Below, piece by piece: positions 39,240 through 49,252 of a DNA stretch of 64,000 bases. The position numbers and the translations under genes are program-made. Position 1 is the stretch's first letter. Each line of letters begins with the position of its first letter. The notes below the pieces were generated by a model. That model worked only from the letters and a program-made list of their open reading frames with translations. It was not told the origin of the DNA and ran no database searches. Origin of the DNA: an uncultured Candidatus Poseidoniales archaeon (GTDB lineage Archaea > Thermoplasmatota > Poseidoniia > Poseidoniales > Thalassarchaeaceae); contig CAZNVK010000008.1 in the NCBI GenBank assembly GCA_964576865.1, positions 570 through 64,569 of the forward strand, read 5' to 3'.

Positions 39240-40352
39240 TTATTCTTCCTGTATCGAGGATAGATAGCCGCCGAGCATTCCGAGGTCAGCCACGACCAGA
39301 CGGGCGATGGCCTCCACCACAGGGACAGCTCGTGGACCGAGAACTGGATCGTGACGCCCGGGTACTTTGAGTGACCTCTGTTCTCCGCTTGGAAGGTGAA
39401 GGGTGGATTGTTCGCGTGCGATACTGCTCGGCGGCTTGAAGTGGACGATTACGCGCATTGGTGCGCCTGTTGAGCGGCCGCCGAGGGCACCGTCAGCTTG
39501 GGCTTCGTCTGAGCCTTCTAGAGAGGGTTCTTTGCCGTCGAGGTGCCAAGCATCATTGTGTTCTGATCCGCGCATGCGGGATGCGGAGACGCCACGGGAG
39601 AACTCGACTGCGCGGGCTCCGGGTATCGCCATCATGCCGCGTGCGAGTGCTGGTTCGAGGCCGTCGAACCAAGGTTCTCCGAGGCCGATAGGGAGGCCTT
39701 CGATGATGCACTCGACGCTGGAGCCGATTGAATCTTGGTCGAGGCGAACCGATTCGATGAGGTTGGAGAAGCGAGACGTTGCCTTCTCGTCTCGACAATT
39801 CAGCCGAGCCATGTCGCTGCCTTCGGCGAGCCCAGAGATTCGGTCGAGGGCGAAGAGTGGGGCAGCCATCTCGTCGCCGACTGAGTGAAGATGGGCAGCA
39901 ACGGTCCAGCCAGCCGATCTTAGAAGACCTCGAAGTTGGCTGGCTGCTGAGACCAAACCATAGGTCAGGCGGGCGGATTGAGAACCGCCTCCTCGCAAAT
40001 CGGCGGCGCCGCCTGAACGCACCTGTTCGGTCATGTCCGCGTGGCCAGGTCGTGGTTGGTTGGGGAGGAAGCCGTAGTCCTTTGAACGAGCGTCCGAATT
40101 CCAAGTGAGCATGAGTATGGGCCAGCCCGTCGCCTTGCCTTCGTGGACTCCAGAGAGGAGTTCACATGAATCGGTCTCAGAGCGAGCGCTGAGCCCCTTT
40201 CGACCGGGACGACGACGCTCGATATCATCTCGCAATGCCTCGAGATCGATTTGAGTTCCAGCAGGAATGCCCTCGATGAGAGCGCCTACGCATCGACCGT
40301 GGCTCTCGCCGAATAGGGTCACGCGAACCGAATCACCGAGTCTCATTCCCAT
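39240..40352 (-). CDS. aroC: Chorismate synthase
   Basis: VTLFGESHGRCVGALIEGIPAG, RPGHAD, GGGSQSAR and GRHDPV blocks. Confidence 0.9.
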   Translation of the reverse strand: MGMRLGDSVRVTLFGESHGRCVGALIEGIPAGTQIDLEALRDDIERRRPGRKGLSARSETDSCELLSGVHEGKATGWPILMLTWNSDARSKDYGFLPNQPRPGHADMTEQVRSGGAADLRGGGSQSARLTYGLVSAASQLRGLLRSAGWTVAAHLHSVGDEMAAPLFALDRISGLAEGSDMARLNCRDEKATSRFSNLIESVRLDQDSIGSSVECIIEGLPIGLGEPWFDGLEPALARGMMAIPGARAVEFSRGVSASRMRGSEHNDAWHLDGKEPSLEGSDEAQADGALGGRSTGAPMRVIVHFKPPSSIAREQSTLHLPSGEQRSLKVPGRHDPVLGPRAVPVVEAIARLVVADLGMLGGYLSSIQEE

Positions 40353-41209
40353 GGTTCGCGCACCACCTCGAATTTCTCATCGGTTGTGATCTTGGTTCGA
40401 AGCCAACGCAGGTCCATCGAATTGAGGAAGGCTTCGACGAGTTCCGAACGATCTTGGTCAGCCAACACTACGATGGCAGGACCCGAGCCGGTAATCGACG
40501 CAGGGCAACCCGTTCTGACCTCGATTTCCTCGCAGAGCGCTTGAGCCTCCTCATCGCCGAGGGCTTGAGATACGAGGTGACCATTGAGACGGAATGCTTC
40601 GATTGGGTCACCTCTCCTTAGCAAGCAGACCACATCCTCGAAGCGGTGTTGTAGGGCTTGAAAGTCGGCGACACGGGTTAGCGACTTTTGCTCGTCTCGG
40701 ATGATGATGTAGACCTCTTTCAAAGGGAACTCAATCGCCTCACGGAAGGGTTCGGTAGTATCGGTCGCGTCGACCAGCCAGACCGTTTCCCAATCGGCTG
40801 CGACATCGAGGTCGTCAATGGCCGATGTCATACTGACGCCGCATTGGATTTGCACCGCGGATAAGAGGGAGTAGGTCACAGCCGCGGAGAGATGGTGATG
40901 AGTCGCGTTTGAGAGGGCGCGTTGGGCAGCGACGAGTAATGCGGAACTGGATTTGAGACCCATTCCGATCGGGATTTCAGACTTTATTTCCCAGCCCAAC
41001 TCACCGGTAGGCAGCGGGAGGTCTCTGGCTTGCCATGCTTCGAGGAGGATTGCCAGGAGGTTCGATTCGTCCTCAAGAATTGGAATTGGATTGTCGGTCA
41101 ACATGACCGTGGTGCCGAGGCTGATTGGGACCGCCGAGCCGTTTCCGCATCCAGCGGCGTGGAGCAGGCTGAATCCACCATTGGCTCGGCCGATACCGTG
41201 AACCTTCAT
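40343..41209 (-). CDS. aroK: Archaeal GHMP-type shikimate kinase
   Basis: GHMP motif IPIGMGLKSSSAL. About 288 aa. Overlaps aroC and aroB' within the shikimate operon. Confidence 0.8.
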   Translation of the reverse strand: MKVHGIGRANGGFSLLHAAGCGNGSAVPISLGTTVMLTDNPIPILEDESNLLAILLEAWQARDLPLPTGELGWEIKSEIPIGMGLKSSSALLVAAQRALSNATHHHLSAAVTYSLLSAVQIQCGVSMTSAIDDLDVAADWETVWLVDATDTTEPFREAIEFPLKEVYIIIRDEQKSLTRVADFQALQHRFEDVVCLLRRGDPIEAFRLNGHLVSQALGDEEAQALCEEIEVRTGCPASITGSGPAIVVLADQDRSELVEAFLNSMDLRWLRTKITTDEKFEVVREPWE

Positions 41210-42141
41210 CGCTCGTTCATCTCTCCTGAAATTTCGCGGCCGACGTGTCGCATGCCCGACGATGTGCGGACTGTGATTTGGTCACCAGATGCAAGTGAGG
41301 TGACGCTCAGTGTGCCGGTTTGGCCGATGAAGCGGACGGTCTCGGCTTGTTGTGTGAGGACTTGACCGGAGACTCCGTCGGCTTCGAAGCGGACGAGGAG
41401 GAATGGGCGGCGCTCGATTTTAAGACGGCCGATTGTGGCAGAGCGCAGTGCGCCGCCCACATCGGTAATCGCAACTTGGTCACCCGCTTCGAGTTCGCTC
41501 AAGTAGCGGGTTGAGGCGTCCGCCATCAAGCAGTAAGCATGGACGGCTCCAGCATTAACTCGGAATGGACGAGACGGAACGAATTCGCTCGGCAAAGTCT
41601 CGCCATGAATCAGAACTAGAGCATTTGCAGAGGAACCGATAAGCATGCCCTCGCCATCAGACAAGCGCTCGGTCAAATCGACGCAGACGCGCTCACCAAC
41701 ACCCCCAGACTCAACGGCGGTGACCTCAGCCAAGCACAGCTCAACACCAGCGCCAGCATCTTCCGGCCCGATATCACAGCGCTCACCTGCGACCGCCTCA
41801 GCCGCAGACCAGAGGCCAGCATGATCAGGCAGAACCAACGCATCCACGCCATGCTCCAAAGCGAAGGCAGCCCCGCGAAGGTCAACCTCGGCAGAAATCG
41901 CCGCGGCCACGCGAGTCCCGCTACCAGCCGCAGCAGCAACGATGTTCTCGAGCGGAATCATCGTCCAATCCGAACATCGAACAAGAATCCAATCGACCAT
42001 CCCAACGAGAGACAGAGCCTCGTCCTGCCCGCGAAAATCATCCAATTGAACGACCGAAACATCGGCAGCAGAACCCGACCAGAGCCGATCCGCGCGAGTA
42101 GCCAAAGCCGACTCGCCAGCGGATTCGAGCCATAATTGCAC
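41206..42141 (-). CDS. 3-dehydroquinate synthase II (archaeal type)
   Basis: DWTMIPLEN, RPFRVNAGAVHAY, RYLSELEAGD and IGRLKIERRPFLLV match the MJ1249 family. GTG start at 42141 (5 nt after the upstream stop, behind GGGGTGA) matches the family N-terminus. The ORF continues to 42282. Confidence 0.85.
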   Translation of the reverse strand: MQLWLESAGESALATRADRLWSGSAADVSVVQLDDFRGQDEALSLVGMVDWILVRCSDWTMIPLENIVAAAAGSGTRVAAAISAEVDLRGAAFALEHGVDALVLPDHAGLWSAAEAVAGERCDIGPEDAGAGVELCLAEVTAVESGGVGERVCVDLTERLSDGEGMLIGSSANALVLIHGETLPSEFVPSRPFRVNAGAVHAYCLMADASTRYLSELEAGDQVAITDVGGALRSATIGRLKIERRPFLLVRFEADGVSGQVLTQQAETVRFIGQTGTLSVTSLASGDQITVRTSSGMRHVGREISGEMNER

Positions 42142-42145
42142 AAAT

Positions 42146-42940
42146 TCACCCCAGAAGTTTCGCAGCCTCAGCTGCGCTCGCCCCATCGTGAACAACCGCC
42201 CGAAGAGCGCGAACATGAGCCTCGGGGTCAGCAGCACCGAAGACCTGCCGACCCATGCAAACCCCGCCACCACCAGCGGCAATTGCCTGCTGGACTACCT
42301 TGAGCAATTCAGCAAAAGAAGCCCCCAAAGGACCACCCGCGATTAGCACAGGAATCGGGACTGTAGCACAGACCTCAGCAAAGGAGTCGGAATCGCCCGT
42401 CCAGGGCACCTTGACAACATCGCAACCGAGTTCCCAAGCTACTCGTGCCGCGTGAGCAACACCGCCAGTCGAATCATCATCAGCGACGACAAGATTCGCA
42501 CCACGAGGATATACCATACCCAGAACAGGCATTCCGAGAGCGATCGCCTCACCGGTCAATTCACCCATTTCGGCGATCATCTCCGGCTCAGCCTCATCAC
42601 CCAAATTCACCTGAGCCGAACAAGCGCTAGCACCCCGGAAAAGGCACTCGTCCGCAGTAGCAACCCGGACCTTTTCACCAGCCCGTGACCCACCGTGAAC
42701 CGTCGAAACCGAGACATGGCAAACGAAGCCATTCCAGCCCGTTCGCTCGAAGTGATGGCTCAAAGTCCCCTTCTGCAAAACGATCGCATCCGCCCCACCT
42801 GCAATGCACGAATCGACCACCGTGTCCATCCGCTCAAGCCCTCGCTCAGGGTAGTCCGAGATACCATGGTCCATCGGAATCCACACGCCGCGTCCGTCCG
42901 GGAGCAGGCGGGCGAGCCTCTCGAATAGCGTCTCAGCCAT
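42146..42940 (-). CDS. 2-amino-3,7-dideoxy-D-threo-hept-6-ulosonate synthase (DeoC/FbaB-family class I aldolase)
   Basis: IPMDHGISDYP, active-site region DVVKVPWTGD, about 264 aa, directly upstream of DHQ synthase II. Start at MAETLFERL; the ORF opens at 43078. Confidence 0.8.
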   Translation of the reverse strand: MAETLFERLARLLPDGRGVWIPMDHGISDYPERGLERMDTVVDSCIAGGADAIVLQKGTLSHHFERTGWNGFVCHVSVSTVHGGSRAGEKVRVATADECLFRGASACSAQVNLGDEAEPEMIAEMGELTGEAIALGMPVLGMVYPRGANLVVADDDSTGGVAHAARVAWELGCDVVKVPWTGDSDSFAEVCATVPIPVLIAGGPLGASFAELLKVVQQAIAAGGGGVCMGRQVFGAADPEAHVRALRAVVHDGASAAEAAKLLG

Positions 42941-43074
42941 GGGAGTCCGCCTGCACATCTTCACTTGAAAGGATGCGCAGGGAAATCCTGCCGGTGAAAG
43001 CACTCCCAAAGGGAGTGAATTGGGAAAACTGACTACAAAACATTCGATTCCGATTCGGAAAATCAGAATCGACT

Positions 43075-43854
43075 TCACAAGTTGAAATCGATGATTAATG
43101 GCGCGTGATCTGAACAGTCGAGCCCTGCCTGTCGGTTGACTTCTGCCGATTCAAAGGCGGCGAAGGCCGAATCGTTGGCGAGCACGTAATCGATGCGCCA
43201 GCCGCGGTCGAGCGCGCGGGCTTGACCACGGTTCGACCACCAAGTGTAGGGTCCCTTGCGCTCGCCGAAGTGAATTCGGTGAAGGTCGTGCCAGCCGCTT
43301 GCTAGGAAGCGGCTGAACCATTCGCGCTCATGCTCGAGGAAGCCCGAAGTCATTCGATTCCCGCTCGGATTCCAGATGTCATCTTCAGTGTGAGCGATAT
43401 TGAGATCACCGACGAGGATTGCCGGTTCTGGTGAGTTGAGATAGGTCTTGGCCCAGACGAGAAGGTCCTCGAGCCACTGGTCCTTGTAGGCCTGGCGAGC
43501 CGGCCCGGAACCACCGTTTGGCAGGTAGATATTGATGCAGGTGAGAGGGCCGGATTTCGTTGTTAGAACGCGACCTTCGGCATCGGTGGGGTCGAGGGTT
43601 GTGCCGATGCCGCGACCGAGATCTTCGACCCCTAATCGGGACATCGAGGCAACGCCGGAGTAGCCTTTCTTCTCGGCGGGGTGCCAAATCACATCATGCC
43701 CGCCGGGCATCTCCCAACCCGCCGGCAATTGTTCTGGCAGCGCGCGAACCTCTTGCAGCAGCCAGACATCGGCGTCGATTCGCTCGACCCACTCATCCAA
43801 GCCCTTGCGAATCGCCGCTCGAATCCCATTCACATTCCAGGTGACGACTCGCAT
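43075..43854 (-). CDS. xth: Exodeoxyribonuclease III / AP endonuclease
   Basis: MRVVTWNVNGIRA, LQEV, GDLNIAH, RIDYVL and SDHAPL motifs. Confidence 0.9.
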   Translation of the reverse strand: MRVVTWNVNGIRAAIRKGLDEWVERIDADVWLLQEVRALPEQLPAGWEMPGGHDVIWHPAEKKGYSGVASMSRLGVEDLGRGIGTTLDPTDAEGRVLTTKSGPLTCINIYLPNGGSGPARQAYKDQWLEDLLVWAKTYLNSPEPAILVGDLNIAHTEDDIWNPSGNRMTSGFLEHEREWFSRFLASGWHDLHRIHFGERKGPYTWWSNRGQARALDRGWRIDYVLANDSAFAAFESAEVNRQAGLDCSDHAPLIIDFNL

Positions 43855-43948
43855 GCTGACCGATTCGTTCTCCTTTGGAGAACGCCCTTCAACAATCCGG
43901 CCGCGCTACCCGCCATTCATTGACCAGAATCAGGTGAATTGGGTGGCC

Positions 43949-46396
43949 TCAATTCGAAAATTCCTTGACCTTCTCGACCAAGTCCATTTGCTGCACGCGC
44001 CACATTCCAAGCGGGGTCAGAGCCAGCGAGATGAACAACACGATTCCTGCCAATCCGGCTGAGATGACTGGGTCAGCTTGAACCTCGAAGTAGAATGCCC
44101 ATTGAACCATTTGACTCATCAGCCATTTCGTTCCGAGAATCGAGAAAATCGCTCCAAGAATTCCACCGATCAAGCCGATGGCGAAGTGTTCACCGAGCAT
44201 CATCGAACCTATTCGCTTGAGCGGCGCGCCGAGCACTCTCAGCGTCGCCAATTCCGAGTCGCGCTCAGCTAGGTTCATGATGAGAGTGTTGAACAATACC
44301 ACGAATGCGATGATGACGCCGAGCATCTGAATCGCCACGAAGAATCCTTGCTGCATCTCCATCAGCGCCGACATCGAGTCAATCATATCCTGCTTCTCGA
44401 TGATTCCAATCGACATCTCTCCCAGAGCCCCATTCGTCTCGAATCCTTCCGGTATTGCCAATAGAACCGATGTCGCTTCAATTCCAACCTCAGCCGCCAA
44501 GTCGGTGCGGTGGAATTGGATGGTTCGCGAGACCTCTCCCTCGGTGATGCCGACGACGTGTATCTCGACCTCTTGCGAACCGAATAGGATCGATTGGAAA
44601 TCTCCCACTTGCCAATCTAGGAAATGCTGCATTCCGTTATCGATGACGACTTCGACGGGCGATGCGCCAGCAATGGGAAGTCGGCCTTCTGACAATTGCA
44701 GAATCTGCATCGCCTCATCGCCCGAAGTCGCGAATTCATCCAAACCAATCGCCACCAATTGTCGAGGGTCATCGACCAAATTCGCAGGGAACATCAAGTG
44801 CAATTCGTACTCGATGGAGTTCTCCTCTGCCCACTCAACCACATTGCCTTCCGTGCCCGGGAAGACCAAGACCTGAGTATCCCAATTGGAGCGTTCCTCT
44901 ACATTTCCAATCATCAGACTCTCCATCGAATCCATCATGAATAGCATCGAACCGAGAATCAACATCGAAAGCCCCACGGCGAAGAAAGTGAAAGCTAGCC
45001 GGATGGGCTTCCGCGTACTCGACCGAACGGTCAATCCGACAGTCGTCGGAAGCCGCGAGGTCATCCTCTGTATCGCTCGCGAACTCAACTTCACCTCATG
45101 CTCGCCGCGCATCACGACCAAGGGGTCGAGATTAGCGGCCTGCCAAGCAGGCCGGAAGCCCGAGAAGAGAACCAAAGCCATGGTTATGATGAGTATCTCG
45201 ATGACGGAATTATTTGAGACACTATTTCCAACAACGGGAATCCCAATGATTCCCTCGTACATTTCTTCCATACCCGGTGCGCCGACGAATATGCCCAGCA
45301 GTACCCCGAAGAAGGAGCCAATCAGACCTATTCCGATAGGCGCGAGGATGTAGGATGGCATGATTGCTGAGCGCGGGATTCCAAGTGTTCGCAGGATGGC
45401 AATCTCCCGCGCTTGGGATTGAATCAATCGCTGGAGACTGAGGAAGATGGTGATACCAGCGACGATCACCAGCATCCCAGTGATGACTGGGTAGGATTTC
45501 ATCGCACCTTCCGCGTCTGCGCGGAGGAATTCGACCGAGGAAATTCCAGAACGGTCGTAGACAATCGCTCCTTGATCGATCTCGGTCGTTATCGTCGTCA
45601 GAGCCCCCAGAACGGGAGTCAACTCCTCCCCCTCGTCCTCCTCCGTCGATAGCAGATCATAATCCGGCGTGCCGACGATATCAATCGACAATAGATTCGC
45701 CGAGCCAGCACTCTGATCGGCGAGAGTCTCCAATCCCTCTGCCGTGAGATAACCTGTCACGAACTTGCCGGACTCGGCGGGCACAATCGTCCCTGGTGCA
45801 GCGAAGTACAGATGATGCGAGTGGTAACCGAAGCCCACGATTGTGAAGTTCAAAGCGCCGTGACCAGCACCGATTGACACAGTATCACCAATCTCAACTT
45901 CAAGACCCTCAACGACGTGAGCATCCAGCACAATCTCGTCAGCAGCCTGCGCAAGGCGTCCATCGCAGCAATCGTGCTCCGGCATCCAGACTCGGTCGAC
46001 ATAGCCCTCATCGACGCCGTGCCAGATCGCCGGAACGAGCCTCTCGGACCCATCTTTCTCGGTGTGGAAGAGCAATCCATCGAGCACCAGGCGCGGTTCG
46101 CACTCCATCATCACCAATTCGGATTCTGGCCATTGATTCGAGATCTCCTCGCACAGCCTCGACGATTCCGTCGATGTCCAAATCGACCTCGGATTCTCTA
46201 CCCAGACATCTCCGAGGTTGGTTCCAGTCTCGGAATCACCATAGATATCATCGTACATATTGGTCGCAGTATGAGCATAATGCCCGAAGGCGATGCCTGC
46301 AAAAACACCTACCATGATGATTAGCACCACGGCAAGAAGCCGTAATTTCGTCCGCCAGAGACTTCGAACCAGCCTCTTGGTGAGCAGGAGTTTCAT
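43949..46396 (-). CDS. ABC transporter permease with two FtsX domains (MacB/LolE-like)
   Basis: 815 aa with two 4-TM FtsX-type modules (REIAILRTLGIP and ELATLRVLGAP), each preceded by a large extracytoplasmic domain. Confidence 0.85.
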   Translation of the reverse strand: MKLLLTKRLVRSLWRTKLRLLAVVLIIMVGVFAGIAFGHYAHTATNMYDDIYGDSETGTNLGDVWVENPRSIWTSTESSRLCEEISNQWPESELVMMECEPRLVLDGLLFHTEKDGSERLVPAIWHGVDEGYVDRVWMPEHDCCDGRLAQAADEIVLDAHVVEGLEVEIGDTVSIGAGHGALNFTIVGFGYHSHHLYFAAPGTIVPAESGKFVTGYLTAEGLETLADQSAGSANLLSIDIVGTPDYDLLSTEEDEGEELTPVLGALTTITTEIDQGAIVYDRSGISSVEFLRADAEGAMKSYPVITGMLVIVAGITIFLSLQRLIQSQAREIAILRTLGIPRSAIMPSYILAPIGIGLIGSFFGVLLGIFVGAPGMEEMYEGIIGIPVVGNSVSNNSVIEILIITMALVLFSGFRPAWQAANLDPLVVMRGEHEVKLSSRAIQRMTSRLPTTVGLTVRSSTRKPIRLAFTFFAVGLSMLILGSMLFMMDSMESLMIGNVEERSNWDTQVLVFPGTEGNVVEWAEENSIEYELHLMFPANLVDDPRQLVAIGLDEFATSGDEAMQILQLSEGRLPIAGASPVEVVIDNGMQHFLDWQVGDFQSILFGSQEVEIHVVGITEGEVSRTIQFHRTDLAAEVGIEATSVLLAIPEGFETNGALGEMSIGIIEKQDMIDSMSALMEMQQGFFVAIQMLGVIIAFVVLFNTLIMNLAERDSELATLRVLGAPLKRIGSMMLGEHFAIGLIGGILGAIFSILGTKWLMSQMVQWAFYFEVQADPVISAGLAGIVLFISLALTPLGMWRVQQMDLVEKVKEFSN

Positions 46397-46405
46397 TCGA
46401 TAGCC

Positions 46406-47086
46406 TCACACTTTCTCGTCGGAGATGATCTTCCCGCTATCGAGACGAATTACTCGAGTTGCATACTTCATCAGCGACTCATCGTGCGTCACAAAAATCG
46501 TCGTAATTCCCTCGGCCTCGCAAGCCTTCACTAGGACTTCCATCACCATGGCTGAAGTCTTGGAATCGAGATTACCGGTCAATTCGTCCCCCAGCAGCAG
46601 CCGTGGGCTCTTCGCAAGGCTCCGTGCAATCGCGACGCGCTGCTGCTGACCCCCACTGATTTCCGTCGGGAAGCGGTCGACCTCATCCTCGAGTCCGACC
46701 AAAGCCAGCAATTCCCTCGCTCGCTTCTCATCGCGACCACCAGATAATTCCTGTATCAGCAGGATATTCTCCAGCACTGTCAGATCCTGCAAGAGATTGA
46801 AGAATTGGAAGACATAGCCGATGTTGTCCCGCCGAAAAGTCGTCATCTCCTCCGGCGCGTTCTTCGGAACCGCCCTCCCCTCAAAGGTATACGAGCCAGC
46901 CGTCGGACTATCCAGCGCAGCCACACAATTCAGCAGCGTCGTCTTGCCCGACCCAGAAGGCCCCAGCAATATGATGCGCTCGCCCTCAGCAATCGACAGA
47001 GCGACTCCGTCGAGCGCCTTGACGGTACCAGAGACCATCTCGTAATACCGCTTCATCCCAGTTATCTCTAGCAATGATTCCGACAT
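46406..47086 (-). CDS. ABC transporter ATP-binding protein (MacB/LolD-like)
   Basis: Walker A GPSGSGKTT, signature SGGQQQRVAIAR, and Walker B LLLGDE. Start at MSESLLEI; the ORF opens at 47107. Confidence 0.9.
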   Translation of the reverse strand: MSESLLEITGMKRYYEMVSGTVKALDGVALSIAEGERIILLGPSGSGKTTLLNCVAALDSPTAGSYTFEGRAVPKNAPEEMTTFRRDNIGYVFQFFNLLQDLTVLENILLIQELSGGRDEKRARELLALVGLEDEVDRFPTEISGGQQQRVAIARSLAKSPRLLLGDELTGNLDSKTSAMVMEVLVKACEAEGITTIFVTHDESLMKYATRVIRLDSGKIISDEKV

Positions 47087-47126
47087 CTGAACCACTTTGT
47101 GGTTCAACGCAGGTTGCCGAGACTAT

Positions 47127-49190
47127 TCAATCCGCCGCACCTGCGAAGAATGCCATCGAATCCCGGAATAATTCCTCACGCCGCTTCCGCTTATTCCGCA
47201 TCACGTGCATACCAGTGAATGCAACAGCGAGCAGTATCACGAAGGGAATGAATGCCTCAGCGTGATACCGTTCCATGAATTCGATGATCCCGCGAGCGGT
47301 ATAAGCCCAGGTCAAAGAAGCCGCAGTCCCGCCGAATAAACAGGCCACCAGAACCCGTTCAAACCGCATGCGAGCGACCAATCCAAGCATAGCGCCAACA
47401 AGCACGCCGCTCGCCATGAACGGAATCCAAACGAATACGATCAGGAACCAGAATCCGTATTTCTCGATGCGCGTCTGATTCTTGTGAGCAACATATTCGA
47501 CACTCGACAAGATGTCCCCCATGAATGGATTCTGCAGCAGAGCCCCAGTGATTCCACCTTGTTTGGCGACCATCGCCTCACCCTCAAACTCGTCCACCCC
47601 ACGCTCAACCCGCCCCGCCACGGCTCGGTCGGAAAGCGTCGCCTTCTCATTCCTCGCACTGACAACGAGGGTGCGCCCACCGAGGTGCTCTGTGAGGTCG
47701 TTGAGGAGGTGGGCGTTGAGGTCAGCCTGCATATCTCGGTACGTGGGCTTGAACAAGAAATACGAGAACCGCATCACCGGTCGGTAAATCACCCGCACGA
47801 AAACCGCATCCTCATCGGCGAGGACAGCCGTCCCGTAATCGACCAGATCGTGCTTTCTGAACCAGCGATTCAAACTGGTCTGGGCGGCTGCTTCTAGCCA
47901 TCCATAAGCGCTCATCTCCGCGAAGAAAGAGGAATAATCCTCGAGGGGAGTGAAAGGGCCATCGTCGATGTTGAAGGAGATTCGTGATCCCTCGTGGGCC
48001 TCATGAATATCATCGTCGACGCAGATTATCTTCAATTGAAGAGGTCTCATTTCGCCGAAGATCGCGAATTCCTCGAGCAGACTACGGGTCAGTTCGGCTC
48101 GGATGTCCGAAGGTTGTTGGATGGTTGTTGGACGGGTTGTGTAGGGGAGCAATACATCGATTGAAATCGGTCTTTCTTGCATCTTCATCTGTTTGAATTC
48201 GATATCGATGAGGACCTGCTCAAGTGTCGAACTCAGGGTTCTATGGATTAGACGGCGAAGCTGGGCTTCGGTGAGCAGATCATCAGTGTCTCTGTGGTAC
48301 ATCTTGTGCATCAATGGGTATTGGACGCAGAGGAAGAAGAGCGACATTCCCAGCGATACCATCGCCATCCACCAAGCTGGGATGCCGGCGTTACCGCCGG
48401 TCAGCATCGCTGCCTCGCGGCCGCCGACCCACTCGGCTCCCATCATGATCCATCCCCATTCGCCGAGTCCTTCGATGGTCCAGCAAGAACGAGGTTCCTC
48501 ATCGAAGACTTGCACTTCCTGCTTCTCATCAGAACTGAACGGGCCGCTCGAGTGAGAGGTGATTTCAACAAGGACCTGTTTCCACGCCAATGGATTTTCG
48601 TCGCCTCCATCTATCAGAGCCGAGAGTTCCTCTTGGCTCATCTCATCGAAGTCTGATTCGGTCATTACCTGCCAGATACTCACCGTCGAAGTGTAAGTTC
48701 CGTCATCGAATTCGGACGGATCAAGGCTCAAACGTTGATCGCCGAGACCGCCTTCAAGATGAAGAGATGAGTTGCCAGAGCCTGAAATGAGTTGAATACC
48801 GATGACAGTCTGAATCGTCGAGTCAACATTGTATGATTTGGCTTCGATGAGATGTTCGTCGGCGGAGAAGTAGACATTGAACCAGATGGTTCCAGTCTGG
48901 TCGATGCATTCTCCGCCGGGGTCGAGAGGAGTCTTTGAGAGGGTCGAATCGACAGCAATCGAGTCGGCGGCGACCCAGCCTGAGGACATCACGAAGACGC
49001 CGCCGAAGAAAATAATCCCAATCGTCACACCAACAATTAGAGTATAATCTTCAAAGGCCCCTCGAAAGAATCGCTTATCACCTTCGCGGCGATTTCGGAT
49101 CCGGTCCAACTCCCGATCGAGACTGTCCTTCTCGGACTCTCCGGGCAAAGCTACCGCAGTCACGAGGCTGGCAGGGATTGGCCGGGCCAT
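47127..49190 (-). CDS. Hypothetical large membrane protein
   Basis: N-terminal TM, about 200-aa extracytoplasmic region, central TM pair, cytoplasmic domain, and C-terminal TM bundle (WFLIVFVWIPFMASGVLVGAMLG, reminiscent of small-multidrug-export/COG2426 domains). Alternative TTG start at 49256 overlaps the upstream stop (TTGA). Confidence 0.6.
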   Translation of the reverse strand: MARPIPASLVTAVALPGESEKDSLDRELDRIRNRREGDKRFFRGAFEDYTLIVGVTIGIIFFGGVFVMSSGWVAADSIAVDSTLSKTPLDPGGECIDQTGTIWFNVYFSADEHLIEAKSYNVDSTIQTVIGIQLISGSGNSSLHLEGGLGDQRLSLDPSEFDDGTYTSTVSIWQVMTESDFDEMSQEELSALIDGGDENPLAWKQVLVEITSHSSGPFSSDEKQEVQVFDEEPRSCWTIEGLGEWGWIMMGAEWVGGREAAMLTGGNAGIPAWWMAMVSLGMSLFFLCVQYPLMHKMYHRDTDDLLTEAQLRRLIHRTLSSTLEQVLIDIEFKQMKMQERPISIDVLLPYTTRPTTIQQPSDIRAELTRSLLEEFAIFGEMRPLQLKIICVDDDIHEAHEGSRISFNIDDGPFTPLEDYSSFFAEMSAYGWLEAAAQTSLNRWFRKHDLVDYGTAVLADEDAVFVRVIYRPVMRFSYFLFKPTYRDMQADLNAHLLNDLTEHLGGRTLVVSARNEKATLSDRAVAGRVERGVDEFEGEAMVAKQGGITGALLQNPFMGDILSSVEYVAHKNQTRIEKYGFWFLIVFVWIPFMASGVLVGAMLGLVARMRFERVLVACLFGGTAASLTWAYTARGIIEFMERYHAEAFIPFVILLAVAFTGMHVMRNKRKRREELFRDSMAFFAGAAD

Positions 49191-49252
49191 CAACCCGCCG
49201 GTCCTCGCGTGCGAGTTCCTGCGGAACTCGATACACCTTGTCCGCTGCCGAT